Of a DNA stretch of 64,000 nt, positions 12,192 through 25,689 are shown piece by piece (the stretch's first letter is position 1; every line of letters begins with the position of its first letter). Location of the stretch: assembly GCA_017499595.2 (NCBI GenBank), contig CM038999.1, positions 3,224,001-3,288,000 of the forward strand, written 5' to 3'. The translations under genes and the position numbers were made by a program. This DNA comes from Psilocybe cubensis. Its lineage: Eukaryota. The notes beneath the pieces were generated by a model, which had not been told where the DNA came from, ran no database searches, and saw only the letters and a program-made list of their open reading frames with translations.

Positions 12192-14121
12192 TCAAGCAAA
12201 ATTGGCAGAAAGTTGACCTGAAAATTCAAGGAGTTCAGGTACGTTCCCACAAGTTGTATCAAGGAGCGAGCCAGTTGTTAGAACCATCCCAGTTGCGTTG
12301 GCAGCATTCCCAATCTGGACTAGAGTGGGCGATGTTGGGTCGTACAGCGGCCACCCGAAATTGACTAGTCCTTCGGAGGGATTCCTAGCAAATGCTACCC
12401 AAGCCGATTGCATGTAATGGGACAATAGTATTTCTGTTGGTGTGGAGGGTACCGAAGGAGTAGTGTTGAATGTTCCAAAGACAATAGGAATTTCTGAAGC
12501 GTGGTAAGATCGCAAATCCGGCCTTGGGGAAATATTTGGGAATACAGCTTGAAATGCGAGTGTGAGCAGCGACAAAATCCCTAGAGTAATGATTGTCTGA
12601 CCTTGATATTGGTATCTCCAGGTAGGGACTTTTGCGTTGAGGCGGATTTGAGCAGAGGCTCCTGCCGGACAGGTAAATGTTGTCTGAAAAAAAAATTAAG
12701 CGTTAAGTTATAGTGCCAGAAAATTACGAACCTGTGTTTGTATATCGGAAAGAATCTCAGTCACAAACGGTAGAGCAACTCCCGACGGTGAAATTAGTTG
12801 AGAAGCAACCGTAAAAATGTCTCCCTCATTCAGGGTACTTCCGCCTAGGACAGGGACTTTCAAGAAATTTCCAGCGGCAGAGCGCGATGCTATGTCAGAA
12901 AATATGGTAATATCTACAATTTACATTAACGTTAGTCCAATACAATCATTGGATGGAAAGAGACATGGACGTACTATCGGTAACAAGGTTGAAGTTTGAG
13001 CCAGTTTTGATGACCGCGTTTTCTAGTGTACGCGAGGGTATTTCTTTCATGCAGGAGAGCTGAGCGCTGTTGGCAGCTGCATATCACTTTAGGTCAGTTA
13101 ACAATGAGATACTTTTGACAGCTTACTCTTTCCACAACCCAAAGATGACGCTAAGTTATTCCACGTGGTTTCATCAAGTGTGGGGTTTGCAAGTAGACCA
13201 TTTGTTACAAGCCCAAGACTATGGCCAAGTTAGACCGAGAGACCGTCTGGCGGTAATTTTACTCACTTTCCCGATTGTTGAATAATACCTAATGCGATTG
13301 CGGTTAGGTATTGCTAAATAAATAAAAGCAATAAGTATACCTTTTACAATCTTGTCTTGAGGATGAGAAAATGCATATGCGTCTGTCGCTGTACTTCCTG
13401 CGCTTTGACCGAATAAAGAGATACGGTCAGGATCGCCCCCGAATGCAGCAATATTTTCGTGCACCCATTGAACAGCGGCTTCAATATCGAGAAGACCAAA
13501 ATTTTGGGAACCAGTTTTGCTGACAAGTTGGGGAGCGTTTGGTTGTCCAAAGATGTTAAGACGATAATTGAAGGTTACAATAGTGATATCTTCATTATCA
13601 CGCACGAAATTTTGACCATTGTAGATTGGAAGATTGCTCTGCATGATTTTAAAATGAAAATAGCAGCAAAGAATAAAAATATGGTAAGAACAACTTACAG
13701 ATCCGAATTGGAATGCACCCCCGTAAATCCATATCAATACTGCAGTTTTCTGCTTCCTATTAAGACTTGGGGCCCAGATATTCGCAGTAAGACAACTTTC
13801 GGATTCCGGAATATCAATGCCTTGCCCTCCAGCAAGTTTTAAGAACTCCAGGTTCGCAGGCGCAAGATTTTGAGGACAAGTATCACTGTAGCTAGTGGCG
13901 CTGAGGATTGAACGCCGCTTCGGAGGACTGGTTGGTGGTTGCCAACGGCCGGCGGAGGCATACGGTATACCCAGAAATTGACGGACTGTAGGTGTAACAA
14001 ATGTACCAGAAACGGTTCCCTGTACGGTATTCACAATGAGGCCGCCATTTGTTCTCGAGTGAATACTGATGGCATGGCAGACGGACAAGGCAGAAGTCAA
14101 CACCACAAGAAGAAATTTCAT
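12192..14121 (-). CDS. Secreted type-B carboxylesterase/lipase
   Basis: Signal peptide; FLGIPYA, ESCLTANIW, IYGGAF, NYRLNIFG, nucleophile GQSAG, Glu in NEGDIF, His in YHASEI. Confidence 0.95.
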
Positions 14122-15610
14122 GGCAAGCAGAAAGAGCCAAGTTTTCGTTTACTTTGAAAGCTTTCTCTTTTATGCTCTCCAGTTTCACCAACACTTTAAT
14201 CTCGACAGCGTTGCAAAATAAAAATAGACAAAGCAACCGAAAGAATCAGCGGCAGTTATTTTGCACGACGTGCTCGCTATTACAAATGACGACAGTCCAT
14301 CATGAACGTCGATATTTGAGGATAGGTGAGCTAGATGAGTATCTGCATCTATTTAGCGCTTATAAGAAAGGAATGGGATTGAATACGTACTTCAAATTCC
14401 AGAGATTGCAGGTTACGTTGATATTTCCTTTGGTCTAAGATTAAAACCGACATACAAGATGATGTTTTGACCCATGCTATTTCCTTAACACTCAACGAGC
14501 TTTCTCATGATACCAGGAGCGCGTGGCATGAAAGAGATGAGAAGGCGATGGAGTGGTATTGCCAGCAATGAACGCCAGCGGTTCCTTGATCGTGTGATGA
14601 AACGAGTGCTGAATAAGATCCCATTTTAAGTCAAGAACGATTCCCGCAGCAGTGTTGACAGTATAGTTCCTTCGAGACTCCTGGAAGTTTATGTGTCATT
14701 CCAGTAGAATTACATCTGTAAATAAGGACGAGACCACTCGGCCACCAGTCAATGAGGTCACTTCAGTTAAACAATGTTTTCGACGCTTACTGTACTGCCA
14801 CTGGTTGTGGGAAAATGACAAATACGGACTGCACCTTTCCAGTCCTCGGCCTTTTATTAGAACTCTCACCCGTGTGCTGCCCCTATGTGCATTCAAATGC
14901 CTTTGAGTTGTCTGGAGATACATTTTGATGCATGCAGCGTCCTGCATATCAAAAAGTGATTTCTCATCCCGTTCCTTCGCCTCAATCCTTCACAAAACAT
15001 TGGCGGGGTCGACTGGGTGACCATGGCGGGAAGATTGATTTGTGCACACTGTCACAACACCGTGCATTGAATTTATGCCAAATAACGACTGGTCTCGATG
15101 GGTTTGGGACGGTGCCAGACATTCAACTGTTCTGGTTTAACATTTGCGCACCATTCCCGGGTATGGGTATTTTACGGGTGGGTCAAAATCCCGTGAAAGT
15201 GGGCAAGCAAAATTTTCCGTATGGGTATTTTTATACGTTAGTCCTCATCTCTCTAAGTTGCTATTTTTCTCGCCACGAAATAACGCTCAATGCTGCATAT
15301 GCTATAGCTCTCCGAAGAATAGGCAATCTTTCGCGGGTACAAATGTTTGGCGTCTATCGCCGAATTATCACTGAATCTACAATGTTGAAAGGTCAGCGTC
15401 AGGTCTGTATGTGCTATCCGCTTTTAGCAAAGAAATTCTGCATCAATCTGATGTCTTGCTCAAAAACATTTAGCAAGGGCGCCTCGGAGATCGTAAAGGT
15501 CATTGATCAATTCTGAAAATACAAGATATCTTGAGAGGAGCTCGATCCTGACTCCTTTCAAAGATAAGCTATAAATTGGAACTGAAGCGGTGGCATCTGA
15601 TCATCTACAA

Positions 15611-15616
15611 TATAAA
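15611..15616 (+). promoter_or_regulatory. Putative TATA box of the O-methyltransferase gene
   Basis: TATAAA about 90 nt upstream of ATG 15704. Confidence 0.4.
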
Positions 15617-15703
15617 GGGTATAAGGGACCGGGGGTATATCTTATTCGACAACTTCGCAAACATCAGGCATCTGGATCTTGCTGCTTACACCCTACGAGA
15701 CCA

Positions 15704-17684
15704 ATGGCTCAACCAATGATGCTGGCTTTGGCAAAACTCATTTCTGACTCAGTGGCCAAGGTGGATCAACTCTGTATTGAACAGGGTGTCATTTTCCCGT
15801 CTCTTGATGACCCCTTCACGACCGAGAGCGAAAGCATCAAGTTGCACCCAGAAGTAGCCGAGGCTGCAAACTATATTATCAGCGCAGCAGCTCAGCTTAT
15901 TGCCATCTTGAGGCCAGTTCCTGTCACTTTATCGACGAGCGCCATTCATGTAAGGATGTTTATAACGCTCATACTCGTCGGTAATATTTCTATCTAGGTC
16001 CATGTCTCTTCGGCGTTGCGCGTTGTAGTAGACTCAAACGTAGTTGAAATTCTCCGGGAAGCCGGACCTCAGGTTTGTAAAAGTTTGTATCGTGCTTCCT
16101 AGTTTCGCTAATTACATCACTTTACGAAGGGTCTTCATGTAAAAAAGATTTCAGAAAAGAATGGAGTCGAGGCTGGAAAATTAGGTAGCCATTCTCCGTT
16201 GGTTAAACATCAACTATTCATGGCTATCAACTAGGAAGGTTATTACGACTTCTTGCATCAGAGCACATGTTCAAGGGTAATCCATCATTTTACGAACATT
16301 CGCTTTAAGCCCTCCATATAACATTTGATTTCATAAAACTCTCAGAGATCACTCCGGATGTTTTTGCCACCAACCGTATCTCGTCTGCTTTGGACACTGG
16401 CAAACCATATGAGGAACTGGTCAAAAAGTACGCTGTAACATCTATGGGCAACTGTTTTATTTGCTAATTCAATCTATTCAATCAATGTCGTGTAGCCCCG
16501 GAGAAAAATTAATCGGAACTAACGGCATTGCAGCCTACATATCCCGCTCGTAAGGCTGTGCCAATTTTATCTTTAAATCTTTTGTTTTTAATCCTCTTTA
16601 GAACTGATGAATCTGTGAAATCATCTGGATTCCTCTATGAAGCTCTCACCTACTCCAGCTCAGAGAAAGCTCCTTCGCCTCCTTCACCGTTCAATTTAGC
16701 CTTTAACACAGAACTACACATATTTTCATGGCTGGCACAGAAAGGAAATGAATACAGACTTCAACGGTTTGGGATAGCTTTCGACGGTTTCGACAAGATG
16801 CTACCTGTTAATGGAGTCACAAAGGGTGACTGCTTCCAAAATTGTCACTGAGTATCCGTACTCAATTTCATTTACTTCGTAGGGTACCGTTGGGGATCGC
16901 TCCCTAAAGGAAGTATAGTTGTTGATGTTGGCGGGGGTGTTGGGTCCGAATCCATGAAGATAGCAAAGACGTTTCCAGACCTCAAGGTAATCATTCAAGA
17001 TGCAGAAGGTGTAGTGGCAAACGGGGTCAAGGTACATTCCAATATAACACTGCTTTTTATGAAGACTAATGCCCTGCAGTTCTATGAAACCCGATTCCCA
17101 GAAGGGCTGTCATCTGGTCAAGTTACATTCCAGGGCATGTTAAGAACCACCCATGTGTTAACCATTCTGACTTAACTCTTTTTTAGCTCACGATTTCTTT
17201 ACTCCTAACCCAGTCACCAATGCTCGTGTGTTCTTCATGCGCTTTATTCTACACGACTGGCCCGATGCTACTTGTGTTAAGATCTTGAAGAATCTCAGAG
17301 AAGTAGCTGCTCCGGATACCGAACTCATCATCAACGAATGCCTGATTCAGTATGCCTGCTCGACAGAGTCGGATATATCGAAGAGCATTCCTGGTGGTCG
17401 GTTCAAACCACCCCCGTCTCCATTATTACCCAATCTTGGCTATGCACGAATTTTTCACTATCTTATTGACCTTCAGGTAAGAGGACAGCTTTATCCTTTC
17501 GTTTTCATGAATTACGCACTTGATATTGGAATAGATGGCGATTGTTGCCCATGGAGTTGAGCGCACTGTTGAACAATACGCATCGATCTTGCAGAAGTCG
17601 GGATGGAAGTTAAAAGAGGTCCTTCGCATGCCAGAGTCTGCGTACAGCCTGCACAAGTTGGTCGCGGTACCTCAGCCCGAGTAA
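15704..17684 (+). CDS. SAM-dependent O-methyltransferase (fungal OmtA/COMT-like, Methyltransf_2)
   Basis: VVDVGGGVG SAM motif, IIQD, HDFF, RFILHDWPD catalytic motif, N-terminal dimerisation region RLLRLLAS. Confidence 0.93.
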
Positions 17685-17882
17685 GAATTATTTGGAAAGC
17701 CTTAACACATTGCTATATGGTATATTTTTCATTTGAATGAATATTTGTCTATTGCTACAACTCTGCAAAAAAAAAAAGCTTCGGCTATCTCGGTTTCCGG
17801 TGTGCCCGGATCCTGTTCGTGACGTCATTGGATGATGGAAGAAAACGTCGAACGAGTTGACTTACCTCTCTGTTCCCCAATC

Positions 17883-19187
17883 ATGACAAGCACCCTACCC
17901 CCTATTGTCCAGGCTTTCTCTGGAGCTATAGGAAGTGTCTCTGCAAATACTTTAACATACCCTCTCGATCTTGTAACAACAAGATTGCAATTGGATTCAC
18001 CTCAAAAGAGTAGACGACGCGGCGGAATCTACGGCGCAGCTCTGACTTTCAGACGCATATTCAGGGACTATGGATTGGATGCATTTTACGATGGCCTGTG
18101 GGCAGATTCATGTGCCACATTACTAGCAAAGTATGTACTGCCTGAACTTTTCTTTAGAGGTCGAGACGTTGACGAATGCCTTCTCTAGTTTTTTCTATTT
18201 TCTTTTCTATTCGTCGCTTCGATCGGTTTATACGAAAAGGCTCGTTTTTTCAAGACCTTCTAAAACACGATCTTCAGGGCTATACAAACCATCAATGTTT
18301 GAGGAACTGGTTCTGGGTTTCATAGCCGGAGTTGCTTCTCGAGCTGTATCCACTCCGCTCAACATTGTAACCCTCAAACTTCAAACAGAACGCGAAGACG
18401 AGGAGGAGGAAAGTGCCAGCTCAAAGTCAATGGGGATGATTGATGTCGTAAAATCCATCTACAAGCAGCAGGGTCTTGCAGGGTTTTGGCGCGGTAATGT
18501 CTTTGGCTCCTACATAGAGATGGAATGGGGCTAACAAGTTGGTGCAGGGTTTCAAACATCGATATTATTATCTCTAAACCCATCTATAACTCTTGCATTT
18601 TTCCAAATGTACCGACGGTTACTCACAATTGCCAAGTCTTCAAGATTCAGATCTATTCAAACGGCATCTCACGCTCTCAAATTGACACCACCGAGCGCAA
18701 ACCTTCACCCTTGGGAAGCCTTTTTTGGAGGTGCTATCTCCAACTCAATCGGTAAGTCGTTGCTTGTAACAAATCAAACAAACGCTTAGTGGTACTTGGT
18801 ATAGCTGTCATGCTTTTATACCCACTAATACTCGGCAAGAAACGCGTGCAGATGTCGTCTTCAGCCTCCATTCAGGATGTTCTAGTTGACGCGTATCGTG
18901 GTGAAGATTTTCTTGCTCACAGAAAAATTCACGAATGCGAGGAAGAAAAACCGGAAGACCGTGGAATTGTCGGGGTGAAAGGACTATACCAAGGTCTTCA
19001 AATCAAACTTATCACGGTTTTTCTTAGTCAAGGGGTTACATTTTTAGTGAAGGGCAGGTATGTTTTGAATTCTATGTATGGACCAAGTCTTCATGTTGAT
19101 GGTTATTCAAATATTGCTACCAGAATTGAACAGCTGGTGATTGCAGCCTATCTGGCCAAACTTAGGAGATCGGCTGCTAAAGTATAG
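17883..19187 (+). CDS. Mitochondrial carrier family protein, peroxisomal adenine nucleotide transporter (Ant1)-like
   Basis: Three carrier repeats YPLDLVTTRLQ, PLNIVTLKLQ, YPLILGKKRVQ; LSLNPSIT; LYQGL...QGVTF. Confidence 0.85.
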
Positions 19188-19786
19188 CGAAGCGAAGTAG
19201 ACTTTGATGAATATAATTTTATTTTGGTCTACTCAAGATGCATTCGAGTACATGAGGATCCGCGGTTCCCCTTAAAGGTCTGACCACTTCCACCCTAAGT
19301 AAAGCCGTCAAATCCTTCAAACCTTGGACAGCAATTTCGAAATAGGTCAATGCATTCAAGGTCAAGATTTTGCCCCTCACTCACACCAAAGGGCGGATAG
19401 ACCAACCGGGGAGAGTTCCCAGGTCATTGTGCACCTTTTTCTAGTGGTCAGACTACTTTGTGAAGTGTAAACACGTATCTGTATTTCTTGTGTATGGATC
19501 AAATCGTAAATTCGCTCATGTAGTATTGGGAGAAGAACTCAGAGTAAGCACAGAGTACGCGACCAAGACGCGCTGGCAAGTAGCACGCGTCATTGCGCCG
19601 CGAGTCGGTGCACAACTATTTCACGTGGCTCGCGCGCTCCATCATGGTCCGGCACTTCCGGGTTATATGCCTCCCGACGTCAGTAACTTGCCCCAAGGCC
19701 ATACGAGTTTACACTGTTCAGCATTATATTCCCCCTCGTAGACCTCAAATACTCTTTTCAGCAATCCACGGCAGTCGTTATCTAAA

Positions 19787-21159
19787 ATGTCTATTGCTCA
19801 CGGAATCCGTACTTTGGGCGTCCTCGGAGCAGGCCAGATGGGTACTGGCATCGCGATGGTTGCAGCCCTTCGCGCCAAAGTGCCAGTGCTGCTACACGAT
19901 CGCTCAAGTGAACAAGTAACCAAGGGACTTTCCCTAGTGGACAAGCTCCTGGCCAAAGATGTATCAAAAGGGCGTTTGACAAACGAAGAGGCCAAAGAGG
20001 CTCGAGATAGGATCACTGTTGTTGGATCGGAGGCTGGGATCAAGGGGCTGAGAGACGTCGACATGGTCATCGAGGTGTGTCCGTGTCCGGAAGCCATATC
20101 CTCCCCGCATTCATAATTGGTGGTCCTTAGGCAGTCTCAGAGTCTCTGCCTCTCAAGCAGTCAATATTCGGATCATTCGCAGCTGAGCTGAGGCCCGACG
20201 CGATTCTGGCCACAAATACCAGCTCCATCAGCATCACCAAAATAGCAGCTGCATCCATCCCCAATGGACTCAGTGCTGCGAGCGAAGTAGGGAAGAAAAG
20301 CGCGTCGCGCGTTGTTGGTCTGTCGAATCCCTGTCGGTTACGGTTCTGGATATTCTGACCGAAGATGGAAAACAGGACTACATTTCTTCAACCCAGTGCC
20401 AGTTATGGTGTGTGTAATTCCACACGTATCCCAACATTGTGCAGAGATTTAACCGAAGACCTACACCTCTCATAGAAACTCGTGGAGTTGATTTCTGCCC
20501 TCCAAACATCGGAAGAAACCCTCGAGAGAGCCCGATCTTTTGCCGTTGCATGTGGAAAGGGTGAGTTCTCCTCCAAGGACCTAATTTACTGTGATACACA
20601 AATAACCTTTGGCTTTGCAGAGGTCACCGTGTCAAAAGATGTTCCTGGATTTGTTTCAAACGCACTCTTGATGCCATTCATTAACGAGGTAAGAATTCGC
20701 TCTTGATTTGTATATGCAATTTATTAACAACGCTTATCCATTTGTAGGCTATTATGTGCTTGGAGAAGGTTCGATTACCATTGGAATGATTCGACTTACC
20801 TGTTAACGTTTCTTAGGGTACGGCGACGCGCGAGGATATTGATACCACACTAAAACTAGGAATGAACCATCCCATGGGCCCACTACAGCTTGGTATGTTG
20901 TGTAATTTACTATTGAACAAAGTATATTGATTCGAATTATACAGCCGATTTGTTTGTGACCTGTTTTTATCGCTTCTAAGTGTGATTATCTGACGAATTA
21001 TTGCTTAGTATCGGTTTAGATACCTGTCTAGCTATTCAGCAGACTCTATACGAGGGCACGCGCGATTCCAAATACCGACCAAGCATCCTATTGGAGCGCA
21101 TGGTTGATGCGCAATGGTATGGAAAAAAGAACGGGAAAGGATTCTACGAATACAAGTAA
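19787..21159 (+). CDS. 3-hydroxybutyryl-CoA / 3-hydroxyacyl-CoA dehydrogenase
   Basis: [61 protein letters not shown]; start codon could lie further upstream. Confidence 0.95.
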
Positions 21160-24100
21160 AAAATACCCAATGTGTATAGGATTATAACGGCCGGGTATCC
21201 AACCCCAATATTCTGACGATCTACGGCCCAAAAAAATAGTCAGCCTAATGCTACCAATAATCATCTTCAATAAGCATTGCAAAGAAACATGCTCGACTGA
21301 TTTGGAAGCGACAGGCCCAACATGCAAGGCAAGAAATCACTACCACCCTACCACCATCTCAAAATAAAGTGAAATAAAGGCTGCGAATACCTATCAGCAG
21401 ATATGGCTCCACTCAGTATTCGACGCCCTTTGGGAATTGATGAAGCGAGGGGTGTCGAGATGCAGAAATGGCAGAAAAAAGTGACCTGCATTCAAATAGA
21501 ACATGGGCCTTTATATACGTATTCCCACATTCTATCAATAGATTATGACGTCACAGCACGTGATACGGCCGGCTCACGGCGATAACGGTTTTATCTCCGT
21601 AACTTGCAATTCCATCGCCGGGAGCCAGGCCTACGCAAGAAACCCACCCCAAAGCATCGACAGTCCCATTCCTTGCCACCTCCGAGCAAACTGGTAGGGA
21701 TTGCATAGGGGAATTTATTATATACAGAATTTTGGAGGTATTTTGCGCGTTGTGAGGATGACAGGTTTTCATGAAAACCGATGCGTGTGTGTGAATCACA
21801 ATTTCATTTTGGCGAGGGGTTTACGGTGTCGTTTGATGTGGGGTTTTGAAGCGGGTAGAGGGTTTCAGGAGAAATCCGAGTTTTGTACGCCTGTATGTGC
21901 ATTTTGGGCGGCATCAGATTACGGATTACTCGTGGGGAACGCAGGATAATGCCTGAAGGCTGGGTCCTGAGAGGAGTTGGACCTTGAAGACTTTCTGGAA
22001 AGAAAAAAACGGCGAAAACGGGTTTAAGCAGCTAGATGACGGTATTTAGTTTGATTTTAGTTTCCTTTTCCGACCTATTTGCTTACTCCGAGTACTGCCT
22101 GTCGTGGTTTATGTTCTCTCGCGAAATTCGGCGAAAACGCGTGGGGGCGGTTGGTTTCGCCTGGTTTCTGAAAGGGTAAACGAGCGTATAGGAGGCACCA
22201 CCGAAATGGCGGCGGAGAATAATGATCGATAACTTAGGTCCGAGATGAATGCGAGAAACTATTTGGGATGGATTTCGAGGGCGAAAAGTAGATGCCGATG
22301 GGAGAATGAGTCCTACGGATTGTGATTTAGGATTGGACCTGAAACCAATCCTTCATTGTTGCCGCATAGCCCTTGCAATCTGCATGCGAGCGCTCTGATG
22401 GGAAAACTGTTCTCAGAGCGGCCTCCTTTGCTCTGCAAAGAGCGAAATACGGCAAAGGTCAACCCAACAGGGACAAGATTTCCTCGTGTCTTGCCCTGCC
22501 AACCAAAAAAAGTCCAGATGACTTTAGAACGATCGTCATTTGTATGAAATCCTAGCCTAGGACCTTGCTTCATCTATTCCCCTTATATCTAGAGATGTCA
22601 ATATAGATCTCGCTGCTAACTAGGACATCCGACATACTCATTTTTGTTGTCTTAGTCGTTCAGCTGCTATTTGATTGGGTGGAACGATGTCTTTTTGATG
22701 TGGTCTCATTTTAAGCTTAGCATCCAAATGCTTGGGCCAAATTGGCATGCCGTAACATATAAGCCTGGTCTTCTTGGACAGAGAAGTATGGGTCTTCTGT
22801 CTTCCCGTACATATTAATGGCGGAAAGTGGAATAATAACGATTCGAAAAAGTCTGGGCTTTACAAACAAAAACCAGTGAGAAAAAGAAAATCATCAAATT
22901 CATGAGCATATGAAATACCAAGTAACAAATTTACTCACAGAACACCATGCGACTTGTGTGCAGAAATAAACCATCCAAGGTAGATAACTCCAATGTCAGA
23001 ACATGTTGAGATCCCCGGTATGTCTTTCCCACCCCTATCCAGTACGCAGCAGATATACCACGCATGCTGCTCGATGGTGGCGTTAAACTAGTTTAAGATA
23101 TCACGTAGTCCATGAGTTTCACGTATCATAATCGGCTAGGCATGGGAGCGAACAAGGTGCTGGGTTGAAAGGGAAAACTGGAAATACGCCATGTCCTCGT
23201 CGAGCAATACACAAGCTGCTGCCTATTTTTTGGGGATGTCGCCATCTTCTTGGAACAAGGAAAATGTCGTCCAATTGGTGTGCCGCGATTTCAATCCAAC
23301 AAAGGCAAGTTCGACCCGAAAAAAACCGAATTAAACTTCCGTTCGTAGTCCGCCAAATATATCTCAGCAACGCCCGAAAATGACAAGAGCGAAGGTAAGT
23401 CCTATGATAGCTGCTGAGATGGCGCTAGGTAGGGTGCCAAGGTCATCCAACAACCATCGAGGACATTTGAAGCCTCTTGGTTCGGTGAACTGAAGAACGA
23501 ATGGGCTCAGCATACAGCCAAGAGGAAACAATAAACCCACGAGGTATTGTATATTTTTGTGGAATAGGTACAAGGATAGAAAGAAGCTCTTTACGCACCA
23601 GATATTTGAGCACACAACCGGATTTGAAAATACTAGTCCACGATTTCATGCCCACGCTTTACGGATCCGACAACCTGAAGACCGAGATATGATCCTGAAA
23701 CTTGACATGCAGATACGAAAAAAAAATGCATCCGCATTGAGATGACAGACATGGGTGGTGACAGTCCTAAAAGTCCTGAACGTGGTCTAAAGAGACAACG
23801 AAGGAAGATCCCGGTCATGAGCTCTGTTTGTTAGATCAAAATCTGGTCATTGATCTATAAAAAAGAGCAAGATAAGTCGGTATGAAGCATTTAACAAAAC
23901 AAAAATAGAAGAGAAAGGCTCAGCGCTGCACAAAATGCAGACTTGAAAGAAGATCTCATGTTCGCAACCAGTGTGCGTCGATATGCCAAAAACTGTCCCC
24001 ACGTCCATCATCCCCCTTCGACTCGCCCAACTCCATTTCATAACCAGATCGCAACCTCAAACCCTATCCACCATTAAATCCCAGGAGAGCACCATGTTCC

Positions 24101-25689
24101 CCCGTCGTAACACCAAAGACATATCCCGAAGATAGGCAACACAAAAATGCGAATAAACCAAAGAAACCAGCACATGTAAGCGCACTACCACACGCCACGT
24201 TCATCTCTGTTGACAAAGACGACCACACGGTTGGTCTTATCCGTGCGAGCGCTGTTGAGTACGCCTCTTTTCCCTGATAAAAACAGAGAAAAGTAATATA
24301 TCGGTCTAGAAATAACAAAGAACACCACGTCCGGGACCACCAGCAGCCAAGTGAGATCTCATGAAAGGAAGACTCCCGTCTCCCTCCAGAAATACTCGAC
24401 GCTGGCTTAGCTATCAACCGAGTTTTGGAAGCAACTCTCGAAAGGAGTTGTATACGACCATGCCTTTGCGAAATGACCGTCTTAATACTTGGGACGGTAT
24501 CGCCTACACTGACGTGTTTAGGTCGTGTACTAGAATGTCGGTCCAGCCTTACGATCGCAAAACGCTGTTAGGCTCTGAGCGCAGATCGGGGAACGGACAC
24601 TTTGGGCGGCTTCTTATCGCATTCTGCCTGATTCCATACCGCCTACTCCGCCCTGCGAAAGGGTAAGGAGAGTCTTGAGCTCCAACAAGGGAGTACAACC
24701 CGGGATGATGAACAAGGTAAAACGAAGAAAAGGGAAACAAAATAAGAAGGGTTTAATGAGAAGAAGAAAGGACAATGGGTGAAACGCGGGTCCATGGCAT
24801 ACAGATGCAACGCAGTTGGAATCGACCCTTTTACTAAAACATCCTCGCCTCGTGGAAGGAATAGATGATCAGCACTCACAGGTGAATTTTGGCTTCATGA
24901 TTTTATTGTCGATCTGAGCACTCAATGCCTCAAGATGTCGCCATCTTGACCTATCATCCGTCAACGAGTGGTATCGCATAGATGTCCTTGCAGGTATTCT
25001 TCCATCGGGATATATGATTATCTGTCTTGTTGTAGGTTGGTTTTCAACGAGGGTTTGTAACGTTCGACGTCAAGATCTTTCCACGGAGATGTCGAGGTCA
25101 CCAAGCCGTATTTAATCGTCGCATTCGGGAGGCCAAGTTGATACCAAAATATGATATGGAGGAGAAGATGAACGAAGACTGCGTTTCAACGACTCGGATG
25201 TCGACGAGCACGGCTCCAATTCGATGACGGGACGGTAGTAATAAATCACGTGGCACTGTTTAACACTTCCTGTGGACGCGACAGGGCAAGTCACCGAACC
25301 AAGACGTCGACATTATGCATAAAATAGTCGCAATTCGTCAGTATACAAAGTTTTCATCCAGGTTAAGTATTCGAGATTTTTGACAAGTAACTTATTATGG
25401 GAGAGTCATTATCCAATCATTATCTTGAAAGACCAGTACCGTAACTCGCTGCCTAACCCAGACTCCAATATTATTAAAAGGAAAAGGATAAACCAACGTT
25501 GAACGTCACGGATGGCCGAATACCTCGAGAAGATGTGAGGAGTACAGAAATCTCAAACGAAAGTTGATAGATAGGGAGGCGGTATACAGGGGGAAGCGAA
25601 GATGCGTGACAAGTGCTAAAGCCATGACATGAAGAACGAACGGGTTTAATTGGTTCAATCGGTATACATTTACGATGCCAACGCTTCCC

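Noticed and set aside
14932-15516. 194-aa ORF upstream of the O-methyltransferase
   Set aside because: No recognisable domain or splice support; lies in a divergent promoter region
15704-17684. Methyltransferase as a borosin/RiPP or psilocybin-type enzyme
   Set aside because: Motifs are those of ordinary Methyltransf_2 O-methyltransferases; no fused core peptide or matching pathway genes seen
24064-24417. Hydrophobic 117-aa ORF as a small membrane protein
   Set aside because: No family motif or clear gene structure; hydrophobicity explained by the T/G-rich minus strand
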